A stretch of DNA of 34,552 bases from a virus (Duplodnaviria; Caudoviricetes): IMG/VR virus record IMGVR_UViG_3300021093_000213, positions 1 through 34,552 of that record; one strand, written 5' to 3'. Every line of letters begins with the position of its first letter. Position 1 is the stretch's first letter. Made by a program: the position numbers and the translations under genes. Below are positions 15,211-24,647 of the stretch, in pieces. The notes beneath the pieces were generated by a model. It saw only the letters and a list, made by a program, of their open reading frames with translations, searched no databases and was not told the DNA's origin.

Positions 15211-15572
15211 CGCGGGTGGCCTTCAAGCCGATCGCTAATCAGCATGGCGTAGCCTGCAATGTCTCTCCAGCTGTCGGAGTAGTCCGCATCGCCGTTAATG
15301 ATGCGGGCAATCTTATGGACGATCATCTCGAGGGCCTCAGCTTGGTCCACGTCCAAGGTCTTCTCCCGGCTGAACAAGTAGTGGTAAACCACCTGTTTGA
15401 AGTTCTGAGAGATCTCGGCCTGACCGAGAAACAGCCCATAGCGCCCTGCGCGTTGGTCCAAGGTCGTATCGATGGTGGCCGGGGTGGCGGACTTTGGCGG
15501 GCGCCCACGGCGGGTGGTGGGCTTATTTTTGGATCCGGGCGGACGGCCACGGCGTTTGGCTTTTGTAATCAC
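15207..15572 (-). CDS. DUF6378-like domain with two N-terminal AT-hook motifs
   Basis: RRGRPPGSKNK and RRGRPPK, then TL..R..RYG.F..QA.ISQ, EALEMI.HKIARI.NGD.DY.DSW.DIAGYA; GTG start with AAGGAG. Confidence 0.75.
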   Translation of the reverse strand: MITKAKRRGRPPGSKNKPTTRRGRPPKSATPATIDTTLDQRAGRYGLFLGQAEISQNFKQVVYHYLFSREKTLDVDQAEALEMIVHKIARIINGDADYSDSWRDIAGYAMLISDRLEGHPR

Positions 15573-15602
15573 TGTGAATCTCCTTTGATTGTATACATGG
15601 GG

Positions 15603-15878
15603 TTACTTGCCTCTTACCTTGAGCAGACGCTCAACGGCAAAGAGGATCCTGTATCTCCAAGACGGCTTGGAGGCGGTCTTGATGACAAGGCGCAGATAGT
15701 CATGCCCGTCATAGGCACGACCAGTTTCCTTCAAAAGCTTCTCGCGCAGGAAATGCACCTGCTCCAAGGCTTCATTGCGCTGGCGACGGTAACGGCGGGC
15801 AACACTCTTCCAATACTGCAAGTTGGCAAGATCAGCCGCGCTGGCTTCTTTTTTTGGCTCTTCTACGGGTAGCGTCAT
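15603..15878 (-). CDS. Basic coiled-coil hypothetical protein
   Basis: Start reassigned to ATG 15878 (ATGA overlap with the micro-ORF). Confidence 0.65.
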   Translation of the reverse strand: MTLPVEEPKKEASAADLANLQYWKSVARRYRRQRNEALEQVHFLREKLLKETGRAYDGHDYLRLVIKTASKPSWRYRILFAVERLLKVRGK

Positions 15879-15922
15879 AGGATTGCTCCCAGGATGATTG
15901 CTGCAATAACGTAGGGCCACAT
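15875..15922 (-). CDS. 15-aa hydrophobic micro-peptide
   Basis: MWPYVIAAIILGAIL*, AAGGAG RBS, stop overlaps the next ATG. Confidence 0.5.
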   Translation of the reverse strand: MWPYVIAAIILGAIL

Positions 15923-15947
15923 ACTTTCTCCTTTCTCGGTTGTGAAA

Positions 15948-16154
15948 TTAAGCTTTACTGCGAAAAACTCCCTTAGGCGCTTGGTCCAAGTATGGACTTG
16001 GGGCGGTTCGTGGTCCGTAGATCTTGTTCCACGCCTCGTCAACGAGCCTCTCGAGAACATGATTGATTGGCAACTTCTGAAAGTGCGCCAAATCCCTGAT
16101 CTTTTCATGAGTAGCGACCTGAACGATGACCGATTTCCATTTGGTTTTGTCCAT
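15948..16154 (-). CDS. Ribbon-helix-helix-type transcription regulator
   Basis: WKSVIVQ (strand) ATHEKIRDLAH (helix) LPINHVLERLVDEAW (helix) follows the Arc/MetJ pattern. Confidence 0.6.
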   Translation of the reverse strand: MDKTKWKSVIVQVATHEKIRDLAHFQKLPINHVLERLVDEAWNKIYGPRTAPSPYLDQAPKGVFRSKA

Positions 16155-16161
16155 GTATAGG

Positions 16162-16191
16162 ATTATAGGATAGGAGTCAATCAGCTGTCAA
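16162..16191 (-). promoter_or_regulatory. Consensus sigma70 promoter giving a leaderless transcript
   Basis: TTGACA-N18-TATAAT, 7 nt before ATG 16154; no SD. Confidence 0.75.
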
Positions 16192-16429
16192 CCCAATCGC
16201 CCCATTCGTCCTGAGTCCATACCAGTATTGGCGTGTCGGCTCCTACAAAGGCGCCCTCGATATTGTATTCGATGAATTCTCGGGCTTCTTCTGAGCTCAT
16301 GCCGTCGATCATGAGGTTGGCTCGGATAATTTCGGCATCGTAGACGAGGACTTCTGTCCTTGTGCCCTCGGTGCTCCAGATCAAGGCTGGTCCGAGGATC
16401 GCGTTGTCGTGTCCGTCAATCTTTAGCAT
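16181..16429 (-). CDS. Conserved phage hypothetical protein
   Basis: LK.DG.D.AI.G, VLVYD, GMS.EEA.EF.EYNI.GA.VG..TP; AGGAG RBS. Confidence 0.8.
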   Translation of the reverse strand: MLKIDGHDNAILGPALIWSTEGTRTEVLVYDAEIIRANLMIDGMSSEEAREFIEYNIEGAFVGADTPILVWTQDEWGDWVDS

Positions 16430-16440
16430 TGCGCTCTCCT

Positions 16441-16472
16441 AAAAAATGTCACCGGGGAAGGTCCCCGGTGAC
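16441..16472 (-). terminator. Rho-independent terminator after the polymerase gene
   Basis: GTCACCGGGGA-N3-TCCCCGGTGAC followed by ATTTTTT on the minus strand. Confidence 0.7.
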
Positions 16473-16510
16473 CAAATTCCCCCATGTAAGGAGAAGAAGG
16501 AGATTACACG

Positions 16511-18382
16511 TCAAGCTGCTTCCCCCCAAGATGGGCCCATCTCTAGGTCCACTTTGGAAGGAACTTCCAGCTTAACACAGCCCTCCATCACCCTCTTTAA
16601 TTCTTCTGCCTGCGCCCGGTCTTTGACCGAGAAGCACAGCTCATCATGCACCTGAAGCAAGGCAACGCATCCAACTTCGTTAAAGCAATCGAGCAGGGCC
16701 TTTTTTGTTTGGTCGGCGGCCGAGCCTTGGATCAACCGGTTGAGCCCCTTGTAGGTCATAGCGCGGCGGATCGGGTGCCCATATTTGGCCATGGCCTCAT
16801 CGCGTGGCAGGGCCTTGTGCAATGGGCCGTAGGTCGCGGGCTCCCAAAGAGGAAACCGGCACCGCCTGCCGAGCAGGGTAAAAATCGAACCCCTGGACTC
16901 GGGGTCATCGATACGGGCCTGGACGCTGGTAATCAGGGAGCGCAGGAACGGGACGCCGTCGTGAAACTGGGCGATCAGACTTGCCGCTTCTGCATCACTC
17001 AGGTCCAGTTCGTTGGCCATCTTGGCCCGCCCCATGCCGTAGGTCAGCCCCAGGCCAATGGTCTTGGCCTGCTTTCGGGGGATCTTTGCCATATCGGCCA
17101 CCATCTGGTGGAAGTCCGCATCGGGATTCTCTCGATATTTCTTAGCCGCCTCTATGGCGCTGGCAAGTTCGATGGACACAGCATAGTGGACCGTGAGCCG
17201 TGGTTCTTGCTGGGAGTAGTCCAGGCTCGCCCACTCCTCTCCCTCCTCCGGTAAGAACAAGCCCCGGATCATCGGGCCGATCTCCTGGTTCCGAGCAGGA
17301 ATCTGCTGGAGGTTGGGGTTGTTCATGGAAAAGCGCCCGGTTACCGTGCCGCCATCGTCCGATCGGATTTGGTTGATGTGGGAGTGGATCCTGCCGTCGT
17401 GGCGGGCGTAGTTCAGAAGCTTTTGGACAAAGGTCCCTGAGGCTTTGTTGTACTCCCGAGCGCCGACGATCATCTGTGCAATCGGATGGGGGTGGGTGGA
17501 GAGAAACCCTTTGGTAAAACTTGGGGAGCCCTTTTCGGTTTTGCTATAGGAAAGATTGAGCTTGTCAAAGGCCCGAGCAATGCTGGCCGCCGCCCAAATG
17601 TCCACCGAAACCCCGCAGAGATCCTTGATCTGCTTAAGTAAGGATTGCTCTTTGGCCTGCAGGTAGTTGCCGACAGACTCGGCCTTGTTGGTATTGAGCC
17701 GAATGCCGCGCTGGGTCATCTTGATTAACAAAGGCGTGAGCGCTGTCTCGAGCTCGAAGATGTTGGAGCACTCTTCCTTGATCAACTCAATCTTCATGAT
17801 TTGCCAAAGCTTCAAGGTCAGTGCCGCATCCTGCTCGGCGTACTCTCCAACGAACATGGCAGGCAACTTCCAGAGCTCTTTCTTTGGGTCAACACCAAAC
17901 TCTGCGGCGGCCTTGCGCAGTCCCTCTTCAGACTTGAGCTCCTTGAGATAGTCAAAGGACAGGGCATTTAAGCTGTAGCTCATGCGGTTCTCGTCCACCA
18001 AAGCGGCGGCGACCATGGCATCGAGAATGCGGCCGTTGATCTTAAATCCCTCGGCCCACAGCCAGCCCACGTCGTAGGCGGCATTAAAGAAGATCTTGTC
18101 TGCGGGTAGATCGAGAACACTTTGGACGTATCGGCGAACGATACCCTCGTCCAAATTGCCCCCACCCTCATGCTTGACGGGCAAGTAACCCCTCCAGCCC
18201 TCCACGGCAATGGCAAAACCGACGATTTCGCCCTGCTTGGTCGGCCAGCCCGGGCCCTCGGCGTTCATGTTTGGGTCCCGTGTTTCAAGGTCGATGGCTA
18301 TTTCTGTCGCCGACGATAGATCGGGGAGCGCATCCGGTGGGAGCCACTCTGTTTTGGAGGGCTTGATGAACGTCAGGTTCAT
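16511..18382 (-). CDS. polA: Family A DNA polymerase (3'-5' exo + polymerase), Leu762 type
   Basis: ExoI IDLET, ExoII FNAAYD, ExoIII YAEQDA, TGRFS..NPNLQQIP, motif A DYSQQEPR, motif B KQAKTIGLGLTYG, motif C VHDEL. Confidence 0.95.
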   Translation of the reverse strand: MNLTFIKPSKTEWLPPDALPDLSSATEIAIDLETRDPNMNAEGPGWPTKQGEIVGFAIAVEGWRGYLPVKHEGGGNLDEGIVRRYVQSVLDLPADKIFFNAAYDVGWLWAEGFKINGRILDAMVAAALVDENRMSYSLNALSFDYLKELKSEEGLRKAAAEFGVDPKKELWKLPAMFVGEYAEQDAALTLKLWQIMKIELIKEECSNIFELETALTPLLIKMTQRGIRLNTNKAESVGNYLQAKEQSLLKQIKDLCGVSVDIWAAASIARAFDKLNLSYSKTEKGSPSFTKGFLSTHPHPIAQMIVGAREYNKASGTFVQKLLNYARHDGRIHSHINQIRSDDGGTVTGRFSMNNPNLQQIPARNQEIGPMIRGLFLPEEGEEWASLDYSQQEPRLTVHYAVSIELASAIEAAKKYRENPDADFHQMVADMAKIPRKQAKTIGLGLTYGMGRAKMANELDLSDAEAASLIAQFHDGVPFLRSLITSVQARIDDPESRGSIFTLLGRRCRFPLWEPATYGPLHKALPRDEAMAKYGHPIRRAMTYKGLNRLIQGSAADQTKKALLDCFNEVGCVALLQVHDELCFSVKDRAQAEELKRVMEGCVKLEVPSKVDLEMGPSWGEAA

Positions 18383-19887
18383 ATGTGAAAAGCTTTCGAG
18401 TAGTCTTTGGGAAGAACCAAATAGAGATTCTTCTTGGCCCGTGTTACGGCAACATAAAACAAGCGGTGAATGTCATCGGGCTTTTGGTGGTAGAGGTCCA
18501 TAAATTTAGAGGACAGATCCATGTGTAAGGCGACGTTGTCAGCCTCACCGCCCTTGGCTCCGTGGATCGTGGACAAGCGAATGCGTGGCTCGCCGCGAAG
18601 AGACTGGCCCCTGCGAAGAGCGGCACGGATGTAAACCTCTTGTGGCTCGGGGATGCGAACCAGCGCCTCGTACCATGGGGTCTCTTTTGCAATGTCAAGC
18701 CCGTGGCTCGTGGTCAGTTCTTCAAAGGAATAGAGCTGCGTGTCGGGGCCGTCAAACTTCTTGAACCCTCGCCGGACCATGCCGGGGCCCAGGAGGTTGT
18801 AGATGTTCTTGACTTCCTTGGCGCTGATCGAATCGCCCTTGCGTAAGCGCTCCCATGCGTAGACAGAATCAACGGTGCCCTCACTAATCGAACGAACGTG
18901 GTTGCGCTCGAAAAGAATTCCAACGCTTTTTAGGTGCTCGTGAATCTCGTTGAGCATGTAATTTGTGGAGGCCAGGACCATCCAATTGCCCTCAATATTC
19001 TCAAAGTCAATCGAACGCACATTGAAGATCTTGTGGATCGCACCCTCGGTGTCCATGGGCTTCCACTCTTTATCAACTCGGTAGCGCACACGTTGGATGA
19101 TCTCGGCGCTCAGGTCGTGGATGGCCTGAGGCACCCGGTAAGACTGCTCGAGGACGACGTTTTCTCCTGGCAGTGTAAGCAGGGCCGTTACATCTGCGCC
19201 GCTCCAGCCAAAGATGGCCTGATCGTCATCGCCTGCGACGTAGGAAATATTGGTCTTGTCAAGGAGCCGCTTGGCAATCTTCCACTGCAAGGGCGTCAAG
19301 TCCTGGGCCTCGTCGATGATCACTGCATCAAAGGATGGGTAAGCATCGTCAAAGGCGTTGGAGAACATCTCCAGCATGTCAGTGAAATCGTAGAGGTGGT
19401 TATTGAGCAGGAACTGCCGGTAGGAATCATGTAGAAACTTGAACTCGAACCAAGTCATCTGAAGCTCAGAGGCGTTGTAGGCCACCTGAAGATCGACCAT
19501 CTTTTGCCGTGCCAAGTGTATGACGGCAAAGGCTGGGTGGTCCACGGAGACTTCCCAACTCTCATCGCCCTGAGAGAACTTCAGTTGGATGCCGATCTCC
19601 TGGGAGAACTCCCGGATGTGGCTGTCTTTGAGCACCTGCTCATTGCGGATGCCCAAGGAAACAAACGACAGACTATGGATAGTACGAAAGTTGGTAAAGC
19701 TCTTTGCGTTTAGGTGCGGAAACTTCTTAAGCGCCCGCTCCTTTGCCTCGTGGGCGGCCTTTCTGGTGAAAGCAAAATAGCCAATTCTTTCTGGAGGAAT
19801 GCCCTCGTTCAACAGCTGTTCAACGGTATTGAGGAGGAACGTGGTCTTTCCCGTCCCTGGAGGGCCAAATATCTTCTTGGTCTCCAT
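18379..19887 (-). CDS. UvrD/Rep-like SF1 helicase
   Basis: GPPGTGKT, AFTRKAA, DEAQD, GDDDQAIF, QSYR, STIHGAKGGE, FYVAVTRAK. Confidence 0.92.
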   Translation of the reverse strand: METKKIFGPPGTGKTTFLLNTVEQLLNEGIPPERIGYFAFTRKAAHEAKERALKKFPHLNAKSFTNFRTIHSLSFVSLGIRNEQVLKDSHIREFSQEIGIQLKFSQGDESWEVSVDHPAFAVIHLARQKMVDLQVAYNASELQMTWFEFKFLHDSYRQFLLNNHLYDFTDMLEMFSNAFDDAYPSFDAVIIDEAQDLTPLQWKIAKRLLDKTNISYVAGDDDQAIFGWSGADVTALLTLPGENVVLEQSYRVPQAIHDLSAEIIQRVRYRVDKEWKPMDTEGAIHKIFNVRSIDFENIEGNWMVLASTNYMLNEIHEHLKSVGILFERNHVRSISEGTVDSVYAWERLRKGDSISAKEVKNIYNLLGPGMVRRGFKKFDGPDTQLYSFEELTTSHGLDIAKETPWYEALVRIPEPQEVYIRAALRRGQSLRGEPRIRLSTIHGAKGGEADNVALHMDLSSKFMDLYHQKPDDIHRLFYVAVTRAKKNLYLVLPKDYSKAFHI

Positions 19888-21416
19888 TAGAACGGCGACT
19901 CCTTGCTCTCAATCTTTACGTGGAATGGAGCATCCTGACGCTTGAATGACGGGATTCTCCACAGGCGAACGGTGCGGCTCTTAATCGTCACGGACACAGG
20001 GGAGCCATCCATGTCACGCAGGCGCTGGGCAATCTTGGGCGAGGTCATGAACGTAAAACGTTGACGAACAAGGTAGGACTCGAGGTCCTTGAGCCGGAAA
20101 TAAGTCATGCCCTCTTCTTCGTCTGTCCACGGGCGGCCCATGAGGAGCTCGTCTTTTTCCAAGGCGCTCTGCATGTGTGTGCAAAACTCCTCGAGCAGAT
20201 CGTAGAAGCGGCCTTCGTTGCTGGTATCTTCCGGCGCCTCTGTAATGGCTTGGCTCTCGACCATCTCCTTGAGCAGTGCATTGAGCAGGCGCTCCCACTG
20301 ATCCTTCTTCATGGTCGGTGGTGCAACGTTAATCTTATTCATGCACACAACTTGGAACTTGTGCTGTTGCTGGAGCTCCTCGGTCGTGAGCTCGATGCGC
20401 TTGCCTTCTACATCTAGGAACCACAGAGGTGGATCGCTGGCGTATTTGGACAGCGCCGCGATGGTTGGGCCCTCGTGACTGGCCTGCCCGATGCCGTGCT
20501 TGCGTGTCTTGCAAAGACTGGAATTGCAGTGACTGCTGATCGGTGCATCTTTGCACTTGTAGTGGTAGTCCTTGCGCTTTAACTGCCGCACCAACAGATT
20601 GATCTCGTTGAGTGGCAGGGGCGGGGTCATGTACTTCTGATTGGCCTTAAGGATCTCGTCTTCCCACGTGTCGGAGAAAGCTTTCCTCAAATAGATGCCG
20701 ATGTTAAAGAGACCATTGTTCCGTGTTCCTTCGGGGAAGCCCTGTGAGCAGAGATACTGCAAGCACGGGGGGCCGTCAGGCAGGTCCGAGTCGATTGGAA
20801 CGACAGGCTTTGAGGTCTCACTGCCTGGAGCGGCGGCATATTGTTCGTAGAGCTCGTAAAACTCCTCGAGCGTAGCGGCGGTGCCGTCGTCTTTAAATGC
20901 GTAGCGTGTCCCGCTGTCTCCACCAAAGTAGGGCAGGTTTAAGAAGTTGCCCGTGTCGCCACGGTCAACAAGGATTTCGGTTTGTTTTGGGAAGATCTCA
21001 CAGCCGCTGTAGCCCAAGTAGGACGAAAACAGCTTGAGGTTTTTCTGCATATCAGTCGCTAAGATAGGGTCGCGGCAGAACATGAAAGCGTGAGCGCCTC
21101 CGGACTTCGAGCGAAAGACGATTAATGGAAGTTCGAGCCGTCGAATCTTCTTGATGAGGGCTTTGTGGTCGAGCGGGTATTGGTCAATATCAATACACCC
21201 CCAGGTACAGGTGTTATCTGAACGGATCGGAATGATCCCAAGACTAGGCTCCACACCCATGAGGTGCTTTTCCCAAAGATCATCCCCTGGGGACTTACGG
21301 ATAACAGTGGCCTTCCCGTTCTTCTTTCCATCTTCTCGTTCACCCTCTATGAGGTATGTGCCATAAGCAATATCAAGTCCTTCAAAAATCAACTTGAATT
21401 GAGAGATATCGAGCAT
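19887..21416 (-). CDS. Archaeo-eukaryotic-type primase with PriCT-like domain
   Basis: CIDID, RSKSGGAH, EIFPKQ, GN..NLPY, PPC, EGTRNNGLF. Confidence 0.8.
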   Translation of the reverse strand: MLDISQFKLIFEGLDIAYGTYLIEGEREDGKKNGKATVIRKSPGDDLWEKHLMGVEPSLGIIPIRSDNTCTWGCIDIDQYPLDHKALIKKIRRLELPLIVFRSKSGGAHAFMFCRDPILATDMQKNLKLFSSYLGYSGCEIFPKQTEILVDRGDTGNFLNLPYFGGDSGTRYAFKDDGTAATLEEFYELYEQYAAAPGSETSKPVVPIDSDLPDGPPCLQYLCSQGFPEGTRNNGLFNIGIYLRKAFSDTWEDEILKANQKYMTPPLPLNEINLLVRQLKRKDYHYKCKDAPISSHCNSSLCKTRKHGIGQASHEGPTIAALSKYASDPPLWFLDVEGKRIELTTEELQQQHKFQVVCMNKINVAPPTMKKDQWERLLNALLKEMVESQAITEAPEDTSNEGRFYDLLEEFCTHMQSALEKDELLMGRPWTDEEEGMTYFRLKDLESYLVRQRFTFMTSPKIAQRLRDMDGSPVSVTIKSRTVRLWRIPSFKRQDAPFHVKIESKESPF

Positions 21417-21434
21417 GAGCTTCTCTTTCTGTAC

Positions 21435-21462
21435 GAAAGGCCCAGCCCCGGAGGACTGGGCC
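21435..21462 (-). terminator. Hairpin / weak terminator after SSB-like gene
   Basis: GGCCCAG..CTGGGCC stem followed by TTTC on the minus strand. Confidence 0.45.
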
Positions 21463-21470
21463 CTAGCTCA

Positions 21471-22235
21471 TTAAAATGCGGTGTGTGCCTTTGGAGCTTC
21501 GGCAGCCTCATCGCTGTGCTTGACTTGCACATCCCCAGACTTAACGGACTCGGCAAACCCCTTGGCCATTAAATACTGAGATTGGTTTTCAATGGGACCG
21601 ACACGCTCAACTTCCCAACCATACCAAGTGCCCTTGTCATTGGACTCCTTGGACGTGGTCAGGCGATAGACCTGACTGTACGACGGAGGCGTGAACGGAC
21701 CGTTCTTGCCATTCATCTTGACGGTCATCATCATGCTGTTCCACTTGCGTGACTTCTTAAGTTGTGTGGCCTTCATGACAATCAAAGCAGGATGGTCGCC
21801 CTTCTCGTCGAGCACAAGAACGTAATGCTGGGCGCTGTTCTCGATGTAGTTGCCGCTCTCCAGATAGTCTTTGCTATCTCCTGGCTTGCGGAACGTGCGG
21901 GACATGACGTCGCTCGTGGCGGGGTAGACGTTGATCGGTGCGCCACTGCCTTGGCCACGAGGTGCCCATTCAATGTACTTGCGCTCATAGTAGCAGGGCA
22001 GAACGAGGATTCCTTTTTGCCCATCGTAGAGCTGGTTGGAAACCGTATTGAAGATCATGCCTGCTTTTGCACCCTCGACTGACTCGAGTTCCGGGGACAG
22101 TTGTGAAAGCACCTTGAGGAACGGAAGTGCGAGGTCTTCCTGGGACATGTTCTCCATGCCACTGGATGCATCGGCCTCAAACATATCGTTGACGAGGGCT
22201 AGTTCGGTGGACTGCTTTTTGGCTACTTGATTCAT
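21471..22235 (-). CDS. Putative single-stranded DNA-binding/annealing protein
   Basis: Start at ATG 22235 (AAGGA RBS); G.E....EDL.LPFLK.L..LSPE, YIEW.PR, MK.TQ.KKS.KWN, N.KG.WYGW; replication-operon context. Confidence 0.6.
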   Translation of the reverse strand: MNQVAKKQSTELALVNDMFEADASSGMENMSQEDLALPFLKVLSQLSPELESVEGAKAGMIFNTVSNQLYDGQKGILVLPCYYERKYIEWAPRGQGSGAPINVYPATSDVMSRTFRKPGDSKDYLESGNYIENSAQHYVLVLDEKGDHPALIVMKATQLKKSRKWNSMMMTVKMNGKNGPFTPPSYSQVYRLTTSKESNDKGTWYGWEVERVGPIENQSQYLMAKGFAESVKSGDVQVKHSDEAAEAPKAHTAF

Positions 22236-22248
22236 GGTTAATTTCCTT

Positions 22249-22806
22249 TTACTTGGACTTGATTTTTGCTTTCCAGCCGATGTAAGCGCCGAAAAGCTCC
22301 GTGTCGAAATCAACACCTTGCTCGACCAGATCTTTGATAAAGGCCTTGAGCGTTGATGGCTCGATCTTCTCCGCTTGCTCGGGGATCATCCCCTTCTGAC
22401 GGATTTCTTGGATGAGGTTTCCTGCCTTCCCATCCTCACCACGGCCAAACTGCACGGACACGGTGTTTTTGATGATGTCATCAAAGCCCTTGGCACGGAG
22501 CCATTCATAGGCCTCGCCTCTTCTGTCAGACGGAATGCTTGCGCTGTAGAAGGGCTTGACTTCAATGAATGATCCATCAGCCATCCGGAACGAGTTCATG
22601 TTGAGCTCGCGCATTGCCTCGGGCAAACGATTGTCTGTTATGTCCCGAAGCGCTTCTTTGCGTTCTGATAAGGTAGCCTCAAGATCTTCGATTTCCTTTT
22701 CGATCAAGAGAGCTTTCTTGGCCAGATCGCTAATACCGGTGAGCGATTGGTCAGCAAGACCCAATGCGTCGGCATCCTTTTCCAACTGCGATACATCAAT
22801 ACTCAT
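22249..22806 (-). CDS. Conserved replication-module protein (coiled coil + AYEWLR..G.DDIIKN motif)
   Basis: Start at ATG 22806 (AAGGAG); LPE.M, I.PSTLKAF.K. Confidence 0.75.
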   Translation of the reverse strand: MSIDVSQLEKDADALGLADQSLTGISDLAKKALLIEKEIEDLEATLSERKEALRDITDNRLPEAMRELNMNSFRMADGSFIEVKPFYSASIPSDRRGEAYEWLRAKGFDDIIKNTVSVQFGRGEDGKAGNLIQEIRQKGMIPEQAEKIEPSTLKAFIKDLVEQGVDFDTELFGAYIGWKAKIKSK

Positions 22807-23128
22807 CACTTTCTCCTTTCTTGTTGACGTCAATCTGAATTGGGTAGTACTTCATTTCACGCTTGTCCCACTTCAGAAGCTTAAACCTACCACGATTTTT
22901 GTTAGACGCCAAAACGGCGGCCAGACACATCGCGGCAGGGTCCCCGATCAAGAGCAGGTAGTCCTCATCCGTAAAGTTGCTCAGGATGCGGTTCATGCGC
23001 TGGACCGTGGGTCCTGGGGAAAAGGTAATCTGTGCCACGGGTGGCAACAGAAAAACCAAGTCCCCAAAGGCTTGGGCTGGCAAAAGATTGTGGCGCATAG
23101 TCTCTTGCACAACGTAAATTTTTGGCAT
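22796..23128 (-). CDS. Conserved alpha/beta phage protein, first gene of the replication operon
   Basis: IYVVQE, A..FG.L..LL, DYLLL.GDP, LKWD; AAGGAG RBS. Confidence 0.8.
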   Translation of the reverse strand: MPKIYVVQETMRHNLLPAQAFGDLVFLLPPVAQITFSPGPTVQRMNRILSNFTDEDYLLLIGDPAAMCLAAVLASNKNRGRFKLLKWDKREMKYYPIQIDVNKKGESDEY

Positions 23129-23160
23129 TCCGTCTTTCTCCTTTATGACTTCTGAGATAG

Positions 23161-23189
23161 ACTATACCCAAGGCGAAGTTGCCTGTCAA
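23161..23189 (-). promoter_or_regulatory. sigma70 promoter of the replication operon
   Basis: TTGACA-N17-TATAGT in the divergent gap. Confidence 0.75.
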
Positions 23190-23201
23190 GAAAGGATAAA
23201 G

Positions 23202-24647
23202 ATGCTAGTCGATTACCGATTTAAGAACGAGCCATATGCTCATCAAGCGGCTTACTTACACCGTTTCTGGGATGACCGGACAACGGCGTTGTTCGCTGAC
23301 ATGGGCACGGGCAAGTCGTTCATGCTCATCAACAACATGGCAATGCTGTACGATAACGGCCACATTAACGGAGCATTGGTCATTGCTCCGAAGGGCGTCT
23401 ACCGCAACTGGGCGGAGCTTGAAATTCCAAAGCACATGCCTGATCACGTGACGTATTCTGTAGCTCTCTGGAGCCCACAGCCGTCTAAAAAACAAGAGCA
23501 GGCCATGGAGAAGATGTTTGACCTTGACGACAAGCTGCACATCATGGTCATGAACGTGGAAGCATTCTCCAGCCCCAAGGGCACTAAGTTTGCAGAGCGC
23601 TTTTTGTTGTCCCACACGGCACTGATGGCCGTGGATGAGAGCACAACAATCAAGAGCCCAACGGCTCAGCGCACCAAGAACATCTACAAAGTCGGCAGGT
23701 TTGCCTCGTTTCGCAGGATCCTGACAGGCTCCCCGATCACCAAAAGCCCGCTGGACTTGTATACACAATGTGCGTTCCTGGACCCTGATCTTTTGGGCTT
23801 TGCCAGCTATTTTGCGTTCCAAATGCGCTACGCAGTAGTAGTCAAAAAGACTATGGGTAGTAGATCCTTCAACCAAGTTGTGGGCTATCGGCGTCTGGAC
23901 GAGCTCAACGAGAAGCTCCAGCCCTTTGCTTTCCGGGTAACCAAGGAGGAGTGCATCGATCTCCCCGAGAAGGTCTACGTCAGCAGGGATGTTCCGTTGA
24001 CCGAGGAACAAGGGCAGGCTTACGAGCAGATGAAAAAGACAGCGCTTTCAATCCTGGGAGATGGTTCGATCACCACAACCACCACCGCTCTGACTCAGAT
24101 CATGCGTATGCACCAGATCTGCTGTGGACACATTCGATCAGATGACGGGGAGATTAGGGAAATCCCTAGTAATCGGCTCGATGCGTTGATGGAAGTGATC
24201 GAAGAGAGTGATGGAAAAGCCATTATTTGGGCCACCTACACCCATGACATTCTCAAGATTCACGAGGCTCTGTCCAAAACCTACGGCGGAGGGTGTGCGG
24301 CGACCTACTACGGAGACACTCCAGCGGATGAGCGCCAGGAAATTGTCAATAAATTCCAAGATCCAAACTCAGAATTGCGTTTTTTTATCGGTCAGCCCAA
24401 GACCGGGGGCTACGGATTGACCCTGACCGAGGCCAAGACGGTCATCTACTACTCCAACAGTTATGACCTAGAAGTCAGATTGCAGTCCGAGGACCGTGCT
24501 CACCGAATCGGGCAGACCAAATCTGTGACCTACGTTGACCTGATGTCCCCTAAAACCGTCGATCAAAAGATCGTCGAAGCCCTACGAAACAAGATCGATA
24601 TTGCCACCCAAGTGCTCGGAGAGGACCTCAAAAAATGGCTAATCTGA
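23202..24647 (+). CDS. SNF2-family (SF2) helicase
   Basis: PYAHQ, DMGTGKS, VDEST.IK, LTGSP, GG.GL.LT.A, QSEDRAHRIGQ; start at ATG 23202 (AAAGGA RBS). Confidence 0.92.
   Translation: MLVDYRFKNEPYAHQAAYLHRFWDDRTTALFADMGTGKSFMLINNMAMLYDNGHINGALVIAPKGVYRNWAELEIPKHMPDHVTYSVALWSPQPSKKQEQAMEKMFDLDDKLHIMVMNVEAFSSPKGTKFAERFLLSHTALMAVDESTTIKSPTAQRTKNIYKVGRFASFRRILTGSPITKSPLDLYTQCAFLDPDLLGFASYFAFQMRYAVVVKKTMGSRSFNQVVGYRRLDELNEKLQPFAFRVTKEECIDLPEKVYVSRDVPLTEEQGQAYEQMKKTALSILGDGSITTTTTALTQIMRMHQICCGHIRSDDGEIREIPSNRLDALMEVIEESDGKAIIWATYTHDILKIHEALSKTYGGGCAATYYGDTPADERQEIVNKFQDPNSELRFFIGQPKTGGYGLTLTEAKTVIYYSNSYDLEVRLQSEDRAHRIGQTKSVTYVDLMSPKTVDQKIVEALRNKIDIATQVLGEDLKKWLI

Noticed and set aside
22796-23128. 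CARF/ring-nuclease-like anti-defence protein
   Set aside because: The alpha/beta pattern is suggestive only; no diagnostic motif can be confirmed without a structure search.
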